Shown here piece after piece: positions 46,131 to 55,473 of a stretch of DNA of 62,984 nucleotides (positions are counted from its first letter, which is position 1; every line of letters starts with the position of its first letter). The notes under the pieces were generated by a model. It worked only from the letters and a program-made list of their open reading frames with translations, made no database searches and was not told where the DNA came from. The translations under genes and the position numbers were made by a program. Location: assembly GCA_035652955.1 (NCBI GenBank), contig DASRCU010000206.1, positions 1 through 62,984 of the forward strand, written 5' to 3'. Origin of the DNA: Verrucomicrobiia bacterium. GTDB taxonomy: Bacteria > Verrucomicrobiota > Verrucomicrobiia > Limisphaerales > UBA11358.

Positions 46131-46964
46131 ATGAAAATCGTTTTTCTGAACGGACAATTTTTGCCCGAGGCACAGGCGGCGGTTTCCGTGCACGACCGCG
46201 GCTTTTTGCTGGGCGACGGCCTGTTTGAAACAATCCGTATTGTTCGGGGCAAACCGTTCCGGCTGGCTCAGCATTGGGAACGGCTGGCGCGCGGCGCGGA
46301 ATTTCTGAAAATTCCCCTCCCGCTGACAGCGACGGAGCTGGAGCAATTCGTTCGGCAACTGATCGAGCAAAATCAAATGGCGGACGCCATTTTGCGGCTG
46401 ACGCTCACCCGCGGTGCGGGCGGTCGCGGTTACACCCCGCCCGCCGGCAGCCCGCCCACGCTGGTGATGGCTTTGTATGACCGCCCGGCCCCCCCGCCGA
46501 GGGCCTGGCATTTGGTCACTGCTTCCTTTCGGGTTTCCGCCGCCGACCCGCTGGCGGCCTTCAAGACGACCAGCAAGATCGGGCACGTGATGGCACGCGC
46601 CGAGGCCGTCGGCCAGGGGGCCGATGACGCCTTGCTGCTGAACACTCACGGCGAAGTGGCGGAGACGGCCGGCGGCAATTTGTTCTGGGTGGAGGCCGAC
46701 CGGCCTGGCACCGCGCCGGCCGGACGCGGCCTTTTGCCTGGCATCACGCGCGCCGTGGTTCTGGAAATCTGCCGCGCGCTGGGCCGGCCGGTCAACGAAC
46801 GGATCATTCCACCGCAGGCGCTGGCGCAGGCCAGCGGATTATTTGTTACGCAGAGCGCCCTGGGTATTGTGCCGGTGGCCACCCTGGATGGCCGGCCGGT
46901 AGAGCCGTCGCCGCTGGTGGAGGAAATTGCCCGCGCCTACGCCGAACTGTTGAGCCGGTCTTAG
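46131..46964 (+). CDS. pabC: Aminodeoxychorismate lyase / class-IV aminotransferase fold
   Basis: MKIVFLNGQFLPEAQAAVSVHDRGFLLGDGLFETIRI... is a typical class-IV PLP enzyme N-terminus. ...GNLFWV...PGITR... follows, and the gene is adjacent to pabB. Confidence 0.8.
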   Translation: MKIVFLNGQFLPEAQAAVSVHDRGFLLGDGLFETIRIVRGKPFRLAQHWERLARGAEFLKIPLPLTATELEQFVRQLIEQNQMADAILRLTLTRGAGGRGYTPPAGSPPTLVMALYDRPAPPPRAWHLVTASFRVSAADPLAAFKTTSKIGHVMARAEAVGQGADDALLLNTHGEVAETAGGNLFWVEADRPGTAPAGRGLLPGITRAVVLEICRALGRPVNERIIPPQALAQASGLFVTQSALGIVPVATLDGRPVEPSPLVEEIARAYAELLSRS

Positions 46965-47068
46965 TTTATTTTTGCGGATGTTTTCCATCAGGCCGGCTCA
47001 AATCGTTCTTCGCCGGCTTGAAAGCTTTGTCGCCGGCGATAGGTTGCCTTGGAGAACCATGAACGACT

Positions 47069-47764
47069 ATGTCAAGCTTGAATGTTGAACGTTGCCCTTC
47101 CTTCATCAGCAGCCAATTCGCACCGGGTGGCGAACGGCCGGCGTCGGCCGGCGTCCGCCGCGCGGTGACCATTTCGCGCCAGGCCGGTTGCGGGGCACTG
47201 GCCGTTGCCGAAAAACTGGCCGCGTATCTGCAGGCGCGCACACCCCGAGATTCCCAGCCGTGGACAATCTTTGATCGCAATTTGATGGACAGGATTCTGG
47301 AAGAACACGGTCTGCCGGCGTATCTGGCCCGGTTTCTGCCTGAAGATCGCGTTTCTGAAATCGAGGACCTGGTGGCCGAGCTGCTGGGCGCTCATCCCCC
47401 GCAATCGGAGGTGGTGCAACATTCGGTTGAAACCATCCTGCGGCTGGCGGCCATGGGCAATGTGATTCTCATTGGTCGCGGCAGCAATTTCATTACGGCC
47501 CGGCTGCCGCGGGTGTTTCATGTCCGTCTGGTGGCCCCATTCGAACGGCGCGTGGCTCATTGCTGCGAAGCCTACGGCATGACCGAGGCCGAGGCGCGTG
47601 CCTTCTGCCGGCGCGAGGACGCCGGACGTGAACGCTACGTGCGAAAATATTTCAACGCCGACATCGCCGACCCGCTGAATTACCACATGATCATCAACAC
47701 CGGCCAGATCAGCTACGACGACGCGGCCCAAATCATCGGCGACACCGTGCTGAAAATGAATTGA
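47069..47764 (+). CDS. Cytidylate-kinase-like family protein (AAA/P-loop-like)
   Basis: VTISRQAGCGALAVAEKLA...ILIGRGSNFI...HVRLVAPFERRVAH...MTEAEARAFCRREDAGRERYVRKYFNADIADPLNYHMIINT matches the conserved pattern of the cytidylate kinase-like family. Confidence 0.8.
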   Translation: MSSLNVERCPSFISSQFAPGGERPASAGVRRAVTISRQAGCGALAVAEKLAAYLQARTPRDSQPWTIFDRNLMDRILEEHGLPAYLARFLPEDRVSEIEDLVAELLGAHPPQSEVVQHSVETILRLAAMGNVILIGRGSNFITARLPRVFHVRLVAPFERRVAHCCEAYGMTEAEARAFCRREDAGRERYVRKYFNADIADPLNYHMIINTGQISYDDAAQIIGDTVLKMN

Positions 47765-47880
47765 ACCGTTCCGAACCGCCGCCTCCTCATCCTCGTTTTC
47801 TGCGAGGATGAAGGCGGGGAGGGGCAGGAAGCAGACGACTGGGAACTTGAAACTTTTCTCTCAACCCCGAAACTCACGGT

Positions 47881-48957
47881 GTGCCCCGGCGTACCTCATC
47901 TCCCTACCGGCTGCCCGGCGCGCGCCGCGCCAAACGCAGCCGAATCCTGTTCGGCCTGATGGCTTTGGCCGTGGCCGCCGTGGTCATCGGCTGCTGGTGG
48001 CTGCGGGCGCCCCGGAAAAAGACTCCTCCGCCCCAACCCGCCGCGGTTCAACCGCAGCCGTCGCCGCCGGCCGTCGTCCTCCCCTCGCCGCCGGTTTTTC
48101 CGCGTCCGGTGCGCGACGTACTGGAGGCGCAAATCGCGCTGGCCCGACGGGTTATTTCGCCGGGAGTGATTGACGGCGTACTCGGCTCACAGACGCGTCG
48201 GGCCATCGCCGTTTTTCAGCAACTGGAGCATTTGCCGCCCACCGGAAGGCTCGACGACGCCACGCGCGAAGCCTTGACGCTGGAGGCACCGATCCTGACA
48301 AATTGTGTCGTCACGGCGGACGATCTGGCGCAGTTGCAACCGTTGGGGCGGACGTGGCTGGCCAAGTCCCAGCAAAGCGCGTTGGCTTACGAAACCGAGC
48401 TGGAACTGCTCGCCGAAAAAAGCCACGCGCACCCGCTGTTGATTCAGAAGCTGAATCCGGGCGTGGACTGGACTCACATTACCGCCGGCACCGTTTTGCA
48501 AATTCCGGACGTGAATTATCCGCCGCCGACCAATCCGGCGGCGTGGGTGGTTATTCACCTGTCGGAGAAATTTCTGGAGGCGTTTGATGAGCAGAGCAAT
48601 CTGCTGGCGCATTTTCCGTGCAGCATTGCCGCCAGGGTCGAAAAGCGCCCGGTCGGCGAACTGCACGTCACGGTCGTCGTGTCCCATCCCAATTACACCG
48701 TGGACCCGGCATTGTTTCCCGAATCAGCCGAGTTGCAGGCGTTGGGCCACAAATTGATTCTGCCGCCCGGTCCGAACAATCCGGTTGGCATCGCCTGGAT
48801 CGGTCTGGATCGCCCCGGTTACGGCATCCATGGCACTCCGAACCCGGAGCTGGTGGGTCGCACCGAGTCCCACGGCTGTTTTCGCCTGGCCAACTGGGAC
48901 GCGGCCTATTTGTTGCAACTGGCCTGGGTTGGCATGCCTGTTTGGGTCGAGCCGTGA
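47881..48957 (+). CDS. L,D-transpeptidase (YkuD) with peptidoglycan-binding domain
   Basis: N-terminal TM anchor. IDGVLGSQTRRAIAVFQQLEHLPPTGRLD is PG_binding_1-like. ...GIHGTPNPELVGRTESHGCFRLANWD carries the catalytic HGC of YkuD. Confidence 0.85.
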   Translation: MPRRTSSPYRLPGARRAKRSRILFGLMALAVAAVVIGCWWLRAPRKKTPPPQPAAVQPQPSPPAVVLPSPPVFPRPVRDVLEAQIALARRVISPGVIDGVLGSQTRRAIAVFQQLEHLPPTGRLDDATREALTLEAPILTNCVVTADDLAQLQPLGRTWLAKSQQSALAYETELELLAEKSHAHPLLIQKLNPGVDWTHITAGTVLQIPDVNYPPPTNPAAWVVIHLSEKFLEAFDEQSNLLAHFPCSIAARVEKRPVGELHVTVVVSHPNYTVDPALFPESAELQALGHKLILPPGPNNPVGIAWIGLDRPGYGIHGTPNPELVGRTESHGCFRLANWDAAYLLQLAWVGMPVWVEP

Positions 48958-49014
48958 GCGGTTACAAAAACGGCGTCAGATTATCATTGCCTGTGGACGG
49001 CTTTGCGCCAAGCT

Positions 49015-49644
49015 ATGAAGGAACTTAACGAAAGAAAAATTATGATTCCCGCGCTTATCATTCTTGGCGTGCTCGTTCTGGTGGTGATCATCGTTCTGGC
49101 CTTCGTGGCCGGTGGCTACAACCAACTGGTCACGCTGCGCAACCGCTACAAAAACGCCTACGCGCAGATTGACGTCCAACTCAAACGCCGCTACGACCTG
49201 ATCCCCAACCTGGTGGAGGTCGCCAAAGGCTACCTCAAACACGAGCGCGAAACCCTGGAAGCGGTCACCCAGGCACGCAACCTCGCCTACGCCGCCTCGC
49301 AGGCGGCCGCCGCCAATCCGGGCGACGCCAACGCGATGAAAAATCTTGTCTCCGCCGAAACCGGCCTGGCCGGCACGTTGAGCCGCCTGATGATGGTTTC
49401 CGAGGCGTATCCCGACCTCAAGGCCAACCAGAACATGATGCAACTCACCGAGGAACTGACCTCGACGGAAAACAAAATCTCCTTCGCGCGCCAGGCATAC
49501 AACGACGCCGTGATGACCTACAACACCCGCCGGGAAGTTTTCCCGTCCAACCTGATCGCCGGCCTGTTCAACTTCGGTCCTGCCGAGCTGTTCGTCATTG
49601 AAAAGCCCGAGGAAAAACAGGCGCCGAAAGTCAGTTTCTCGTGA
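49015..49644 (+). CDS. lemA: LemA family protein
   Basis: N-terminal TM, then GGYNQLVTLRNRYKNAYAQIDVQLKRRYDLIPNLVEVAKGY..HERETLEAVTQAR and ...ENKISFARQAYNDAVMTYN are LemA hallmarks. I chose the ATG at 49015. Confidence 0.9.
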   Translation: MKELNERKIMIPALIILGVLVLVVIIVLAFVAGGYNQLVTLRNRYKNAYAQIDVQLKRRYDLIPNLVEVAKGYLKHERETLEAVTQARNLAYAASQAAAANPGDANAMKNLVSAETGLAGTLSRLMMVSEAYPDLKANQNMMQLTEELTSTENKISFARQAYNDAVMTYNTRREVFPSNLIAGLFNFGPAELFVIEKPEEKQAPKVSFS

Positions 49645-49854
49645 TGGCCGATGGACCGTTGGCCAACAATGCCCCGGCAACGCGCCTGGTGTCGGCCCCA
49701 TCCGCGTCCGGCGGGGAGAGATCGCGAATCCGAAAGGATTTCCTTGCGGCGTTCTCCATCGCGGCGCCAGACGGCCGGGCAACCAGCGGCCGTTTTCCCT
49801 GCCGGGCGTGAAACGGCGTCGCGTGGCGGAGCCAAGGCTCATTGACGATTGGCC

Positions 49855-51798
49855 ATGGACTTTTTCGAGCAACAGGCCCGGGCGCATCGCAAGACCAAGT
49901 GGCTTATTGTGTATTTTTCCCTGGCGGTGGCGCTCATCATTGCGGCGATTTATTTCATCGTGCTGCTCGGCGGTCTTTATGTCGGGGCGCAGCGCCATCC
50001 CGGCGCGGGGCCGCCGGTATTCTGGGATTCGCGGCTTTTTCTCTGGACGGCGCTCGCCACACTGGCGGTGATTTTGGGCGGCTGCACTTACAAAATTCAG
50101 GAACTGGCCGAAGGCGGCAGTGTCGTGGCCGAATCGCTCGGCGGACGGCGCGTGGCTGCCAACACCACCGATCCCGACGAACGCAAACTGCTCAACGTCG
50201 TCGAAGAAATGGCCATTGCCTCCGGAGTGCCCATGCCGCAGGTCTATGTGCTGGACGATGAAGCCGGCATCAATGCCTTTGCCGCCGGCCATACGTCCAG
50301 CGACGCCGTCGTGGCGGTCACGCACGGCGCCCTGAAGCTGCTCACACGCGACGAATTGCAGGGGGTTATCGGCCACGAATTCAGCCACATCCTCAACGGC
50401 GACATGCGGCTCAACCTGCGGCTCATGGGGATTCTCTTTGGCATTCTTTGCATTGCCACGATCGGCCGCATTTTCATGCGCGCGCGCGGGCGCAACGCCG
50501 CCGCGCCGGTTTTCTTTGGCCTGCTGCTGATGGGCGTCGGTTCCATCGGCGTTTTTTTCGGGCGCCTCATCCAGGCCGCCGTCAGCCGGCAACGCGAATT
50601 TCTGGCCGACGCCTCGTCCGTGCAGTTCACGCGCAATCCGCTGGGGCTTTCCGGCGCGCTCCAGAAAATCGGCGGCTACGGATTCGGCTCGTGGCTGACC
50701 AGTGAGCACGCGCCCGACGCCGGTCACTTGTTTTTCAGCAACGGCACCCCCCGCCCGCTCTTCCGCCTGATGTCCACTCATCCGCCGCTGGAGGAAAGGA
50801 TTCGTGCCATTGACCCCACCTGGGATGGCACCTTTCGGCGCGTGGACGCCAAAGCCATTCAAGCTGAAGAAGCCCGGCGCGTGCGGGAACAGCCCCGCCC
50901 CGTTTTTGCCGACGGCAAGATGATCGTTTTGGGCGGCCTGATGGCGCAACAAACCGAGGCGGTGAAAAAATACGCGTTGCCGGCCATCGGCAACGCCACG
51001 CCGCTCCATCTGCGCTACGCCGAGAAATTGCGCAACGCCCTGCCGGACAACATCCGCGCCGCGGCGCGCGAACCGCTGGCCGCCGCCGCCCTGATCCTGG
51101 CGCTGGTTTTGAGCCGCGACGAAAATCAACGCGCACGGCAAATCGCCGGAATCCAAACGCAATTTTCCCCGGAAGTCGCCGCCCAAACCGCCGCCCTGTT
51201 CCCTGACGTTTCCGCCGTCGCCGCACGCGCCCGCCTGCCGATCCTCAATCTCGCCCTCGGCGCGCTGAAGCAATTGACGCCGGCGCAATACGCGCAGTTT
51301 TCCCAGACCCTGGACGCGCTGATCCGCGCCGACGGCAAAATTGAATTGTTCGAATTTGTCCTGCAAAAAATCGTGACGCGGCATGTGGACGCGCAGTTTC
51401 GCGGTGCGCGCCGGGCGGTCATCCAATTTTACTCCGTTAAACCGCTCGTCCCCGATTGCGCGGTGTTGCTTTCCGCGCTGGCGAACCTGGGCAGCGCAGA
51501 CACCGCCCAGGCGCAAAAGGCCTTCGCCGCCGGCGCGCCGTATTTGCGTTCCCCCGACGATTCCTCCCTGGAATGGCGGCCGCGCGAGCAATGCGACGTG
51601 AACGCCATTGACGCCGCGCTCCATCGCCTCGCCCAGGCTGCGCCGCAGATCAAAAAAAATCTGCTCGAAGCCTGCATCCATACCATCGGCGCCGACGGCC
51701 TGATTCAGGAAAGTGAAGCCGAATTGCTGCGCGCCATTGCCGATACCCTCGATTGCCCGATACCGCCGTTCGTGGCGGAGGATTCTCCGTCTGAATAA
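49855..51798 (+). CDS. M48-family zinc metallopeptidase (HtpX-like) with long C-terminal TerB-like extension
   Basis: TM helices, HEFSHILNGD (HExxH), ...STHPPLEERI (M48 C-terminal motif), then ~330 aa ending in ...ESEAELLRAIADTLDCPIPPF (TerB/DjlA-like). I chose the ATG at 49855. Confidence 0.88.
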   Translation: MDFFEQQARAHRKTKWLIVYFSLAVALIIAAIYFIVLLGGLYVGAQRHPGAGPPVFWDSRLFLWTALATLAVILGGCTYKIQELAEGGSVVAESLGGRRVAANTTDPDERKLLNVVEEMAIASGVPMPQVYVLDDEAGINAFAAGHTSSDAVVAVTHGALKLLTRDELQGVIGHEFSHILNGDMRLNLRLMGILFGILCIATIGRIFMRARGRNAAAPVFFGLLLMGVGSIGVFFGRLIQAAVSRQREFLADASSVQFTRNPLGLSGALQKIGGYGFGSWLTSEHAPDAGHLFFSNGTPRPLFRLMSTHPPLEERIRAIDPTWDGTFRRVDAKAIQAEEARRVREQPRPVFADGKMIVLGGLMAQQTEAVKKYALPAIGNATPLHLRYAEKLRNALPDNIRAAAREPLAAAALILALVLSRDENQRARQIAGIQTQFSPEVAAQTAALFPDVSAVAARARLPILNLALGALKQLTPAQYAQFSQTLDALIRADGKIELFEFVLQKIVTRHVDAQFRGARRAVIQFYSVKPLVPDCAVLLSALANLGSADTAQAQKAFAAGAPYLRSPDDSSLEWRPREQCDVNAIDAALHRLAQAAPQIKKNLLEACIHTIGADGLIQESEAELLRAIADTLDCPIPPFVAEDSPSE

Positions 51799-51920
51799 AA
51801 CGCGACGCCATCGCTCCGCGTTGCAAGGCCCCGGTGGTTTTGAGGGCAGAGGGGATTTGCGGCGCGTGACGGGCGTTGGACGGTGAGGCGACGCTGCTTT
51901 TCGGCCGGCCAACACGCCGC

Positions 51921-54395
51921 TCATTCCCGCACCGTCGCCTGCAACTTCGTTTTGAAGGCTTCCACAACCTGCGCGTGCGCGGCATTGACTTCGGCGTCGG
52001 TCAACGTCCGTTCCGGCGAGCGATAAATGAAGGCATAGGCCAGGCTCTTTTGTCCTGCCGGAATGGCCGGGCCGCGAAAGACATCGAACAACTCGACCCG
52101 CTCCAGATGAGCCGGCTTTGTTTGCCGGACAATTTGCAAAACGGTTTCGTGGGTAACGTTTTCGGGCAGCAGCATGGCCACGTCGCGGCGGATGGCCGGG
52201 AATTGCGGCAGCGGTTTGAACGACTTGGCCGGATTTCGCCGCACCAGCAGTTGGTCGAGATTCAATTCCGCCAGAAACACCGCTTCGCGCAAATCATATT
52301 TTCGTGCCAGCGCCGGATGCAACTGGCCCAGTTCGCCCAGCGGCACCTTGCCGCCCAGGGCCAGGGTGGCCGATTCCACAAACCATTCGGATTTCTCCTG
52401 GCAGCGCGCAAAGCTCACGCCGCGAACACCGAAGTGTTCCAGGAATTCCTCGACGATACCCTTGAGGTCAAAAACATCGAACCGCGCCTCGCGCTCGGCG
52501 CCGCTCCAGAAAATTGGCGCGCGCCGGCCGGTGAGCGCAATGGCCAGGCGACGCTCTTCCCGCGCGGCGCCGTTTTGCCAACTGAAGACGCGCCCGATTT
52601 CAAACAACGCCACATCGGCATTCCGGCGGCTGACGTTGTGCCGCAGGGAATGAATCAGTCCTGGCAGCAGGCTTGGACGCAGCGCGTCCATGTCGCTGCT
52701 CAGCGGATTGGCCAGCGCCATGACCGCTTTGGGGTTCGAAGGGCGGATTTCGGCTTTGGCAATCAGGGTTTGTCCCTGGGCTTCGTTCAAACCCAGGGCC
52801 GTCAGAAAGTTTCGCGCCTCGGAAAGCTGATCGTAAATGGCGTCGAATTCATTGAAGCCGATCGCCCCGCGCGGAGGTGTGGCGGGGATTTTGTCCACGC
52901 CGTGCAGCCGGGCGATTTCTTCGATCAAATCCACTTCGCGTTTCAAATCCGGGCGCCAGGTGGGGATTTGGAACGTGGCTGGTTCCGGCGGTCCGCCGGC
53001 ATCCACCGGGCGCGCCTTGCGGCGCAGCGGTTTCAATCCGAGCTGTCCCAGATAAAACTCGCATTCTTCCGGCTTCAATTCGATGCCGAGCAACTCGGCG
53101 ACCTTGTGATGGCGCAACGTGATTTGTTTTGGCTCGGCCGGTTGAGGGTAGATGTCCACGACACCGGCCGCCAGTTGACCGCCGGCGGTTTGCAGGATTA
53201 ACTGCGCCGCCCGGCGGCTGGCCCAATCGCAGATGCCGATGTCGGCGCCGCGCTCGAAGCGGTAGCTGGATTCGCTGCGCAGGCCGAGCGCCTTGCTGGT
53301 GCGGCGGATGTTGGTCGGAGAGAAATACGCGCTTTCGATGAGCACGTCGCTGGTCCGGTCGTGGATTTCGGTATTGGCGCCGCCCATGATGCCGGCCAGC
53401 GCGATGCCTTTTTGCGCGTCGGCAATCAACAACATGTCACCGGTGAGGGTGCGTTCAACGCCGTCCAGGGTGATAAATGTTTCGCCCTCGCGGGCGCGGC
53501 GGACGACAATGGTCGGCGGGCCATCGGCGCCCGGGGCCAGGAGGTGAAAATCGAAGGCGTGAAGCGGCTGGCCGCACTCCAGCATCACGTAATTCGTCAC
53601 GTCCACCACGTTGTTGATGCTGCGCAGGCCGACCTTTTCCAGCGTCGCGCGCAGCCAGTCCGGGCTGGGCCCGATTTTCACGCCTTTGACGACGCGGGCG
53701 GTGTAACGCGGGCAAAGCCCGGCATCCTCAATTTTCACGGCCACCAATCCGGCGATGGTTTCTTCCGATTCCGAGAGCTTGATTTCCGGAAGTTTAAGCG
53801 GCTGGCCGGTGGCGGCGGCCAGTTCCCGCGCGATGCCAATGACACCGTTCCAATCCGGCCGGTTGGGGGTGATCTCCAAATCCAATACCACGTCGCTGCC
53901 GGGACGGCCGAGGAATTCGGCGAAGGGCTGGCCGACGGGGGCGTCTGGCGGCAGAATCAAAAGGCCGTCTTCGTTTTTCAACCCGATTTTTTCCGGTTCC
54001 AGACCCAGTTCCTGCGCCGAGCACATCATGCCCTGGCTGGTGATGCCGAAGACTTTCCGTTCTCTGATGACGAATGGCTCCTTCTGACCGGGCTTGGGCG
54101 GCAACGCGAAGTTGGGCAGAATGAGCGGCACCTTGTCGCCGGGTTTGTGGTTCTGCGCGCCGCAAATGATGGTGCGCTCCCGCTGGCCGTCGTTCACCTT
54201 GCACACCGTCAATTTGTCCGACCCGGGCACTTTTTCCACGGACAAAATCTGCGCGACGACGATGCCGTCGAATTCGCCGGCCACGGGGTGAATCCCTTCG
54301 ACCTCCAGACCGAGCAGGGTGAGGCGCTCGGCCAGTTCGGCCGGCGACCCGTCAAAATCCACGTATTGTTTGAGCCAGCGAAGCGTGATCTTCAT
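51921..54395 (-). CDS. pheT: Phenylalanine--tRNA ligase beta subunit
   Basis: MKITLRWLKQYVDFDGSPAELAERLTLLGLEVEG... is the canonical PheT start. The tRNA-binding, B3/4, B5 and FDX-ACB regions are recognisable. I trimmed to the ATG at 54395. No pheS is adjacent. Confidence 0.95.
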   Translation of the reverse strand: MKITLRWLKQYVDFDGSPAELAERLTLLGLEVEGIHPVAGEFDGIVVAQILSVEKVPGSDKLTVCKVNDGQRERTIICGAQNHKPGDKVPLILPNFALPPKPGQKEPFVIRERKVFGITSQGMMCSAQELGLEPEKIGLKNEDGLLILPPDAPVGQPFAEFLGRPGSDVVLDLEITPNRPDWNGVIGIARELAAATGQPLKLPEIKLSESEETIAGLVAVKIEDAGLCPRYTARVVKGVKIGPSPDWLRATLEKVGLRSINNVVDVTNYVMLECGQPLHAFDFHLLAPGADGPPTIVVRRAREGETFITLDGVERTLTGDMLLIADAQKGIALAGIMGGANTEIHDRTSDVLIESAYFSPTNIRRTSKALGLRSESSYRFERGADIGICDWASRRAAQLILQTAGGQLAAGVVDIYPQPAEPKQITLRHHKVAELLGIELKPEECEFYLGQLGLKPLRRKARPVDAGGPPEPATFQIPTWRPDLKREVDLIEEIARLHGVDKIPATPPRGAIGFNEFDAIYDQLSEARNFLTALGLNEAQGQTLIAKAEIRPSNPKAVMALANPLSSDMDALRPSLLPGLIHSLRHNVSRRNADVALFEIGRVFSWQNGAAREERRLAIALTGRRAPIFWSGAEREARFDVFDLKGIVEEFLEHFGVRGVSFARCQEKSEWFVESATLALGGKVPLGELGQLHPALARKYDLREAVFLAELNLDQLLVRRNPAKSFKPLPQFPAIRRDVAMLLPENVTHETVLQIVRQTKPAHLERVELFDVFRGPAIPAGQKSLAYAFIYRSPERTLTDAEVNAAHAQVVEAFKTKLQATVRE

Positions 54396-54662
54396 TTGAC
54401 GGCGCTGAAATACCAAATCCCGCCGTTAAATCCAGCCGGAACGTAAAATGAACTCAGCCACGGCCAACGGCATCGGCTCATGGCCGCGGTCGGGAAAGGT
54501 TCCTGTTTCCGCCGGTTTCCGAAATACTTTCCCGCCGGTTGACGCCGCAGCAATGGTTTTGCGGAAGATGCAATGGACCGGCCGGCGTGGCGGAGTTCAC
54601 ATTTTTCTCCGCGTCTGCAAAATTGTTTCGTTTCGGGCGGCTTTCGTGGTTAAATCCTTCGC

Positions 54663-55472
54663 GTGAAAATTCTCTTTATCGGCGACATTGTGGGGCGGCC
54701 GGGCCGCCAGGCGGTCCGGACGTTGTTGCCGGTCATTTGTGAGCGGGAGAACGTGGATTTTGTTGTCGCCAACGGCGAAAATTCGGCCGGTGGCAGCGGC
54801 ATCACCCCGGCCACCGCCGCCGAAATTTTCTCCGCCGGCGTGGATGTCATCACCAGCGGCGATCATTTGTGGGATCAGAAGGAAGTCGCGGAACTGCTCG
54901 CCGGCGAAAAGCGTTTTCTCCGCCCGTTGAATTATCCCGCGGAAGTGCCCGGACAAGGCAGCGGGATTTTTCAAACGCGCCGCGCCGCCACCGGAACGGA
55001 GGGGCTGGTTGCCGTTTTGAATCTCCAGGGTCGCACCTTCATGCCTCCCCTGGAAAACCCCTTCACCCGCGCGTTCGAGGAAGTCAAAGCACTGCGCCAG
55101 CGGACAAAAATCATTTTTGTGGATTTTCACGCCGAGGCGACTTCGGAAAAAATCGCGCTGGGACGCTTTCTGGACGGACAGGTGAGCGCCGTGGTGGGCA
55201 CGCACACGCACGTGCAGACGGCCGACGAGCAGATTTTTCCCGGCGGCACGGCCTATTTGAGCGATGCCGGGTTCACCGGGCCGCAGGAGAGCATCCTAGG
55301 CCGCGACATCGCACCGGTTATCCGGCGGTTTCTCACCGGCATGCCGCAACGCTTTGAGGTGGCCCAGGAACGCGTCGTTTTGCACGGCGCGCTGGTTGAA
55401 ATTGACGCCGCCACTGGCCGGGCCATCGGCATTCGGCGCGTGGCGGAAACGCTTTGTCCTTCCGGCGCCTGA
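54663..55472 (+). CDS. YmdB-like metallophosphoesterase (TIGR00282 family, 2',3'-cyclic-nucleotide phosphodiesterase)
   Basis: MKILFIGDIVGRPGR...DFVVANGENSAGGSGIT...VITSGDHLWD...GTHTHVQTAD are YmdB family motifs. It starts with GTG. Confidence 0.88.
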   Translation: MKILFIGDIVGRPGRQAVRTLLPVICERENVDFVVANGENSAGGSGITPATAAEIFSAGVDVITSGDHLWDQKEVAELLAGEKRFLRPLNYPAEVPGQGSGIFQTRRAATGTEGLVAVLNLQGRTFMPPLENPFTRAFEEVKALRQRTKIIFVDFHAEATSEKIALGRFLDGQVSAVVGTHTHVQTADEQIFPGGTAYLSDAGFTGPQESILGRDIAPVIRRFLTGMPQRFEVAQERVVLHGALVEIDAATGRAIGIRRVAETLCPSGA

Positions 55473-55473
55473 C

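Noticed and set aside
47775-47815. Imperfect GC-rich hairpin (CCGCCTCCTCATCCTCG ... CGAGGATGAAGGCGG) after the cytidylate-kinase-like gene, considered as an intrinsic terminator.
   Set aside because: The stem has a 2-nt bulge and there is no downstream U-tract on either strand. This is insufficient for a terminator call.
48976-51924. 982-aa ORF on the minus strand, the longest 'gene' in that region.
   Set aside because: It lies antisense to the strongly recognisable LemA and M48 peptidase genes. Its composition is dominated by R/G/A/P, typical of the shadow frame of high-GC coding DNA, and I see no motifs.
51876-54446. Plus-strand ORFs 51876..53201 (441 aa) and 53361..54446 (361 aa).
   Set aside because: They are antisense to pheT.
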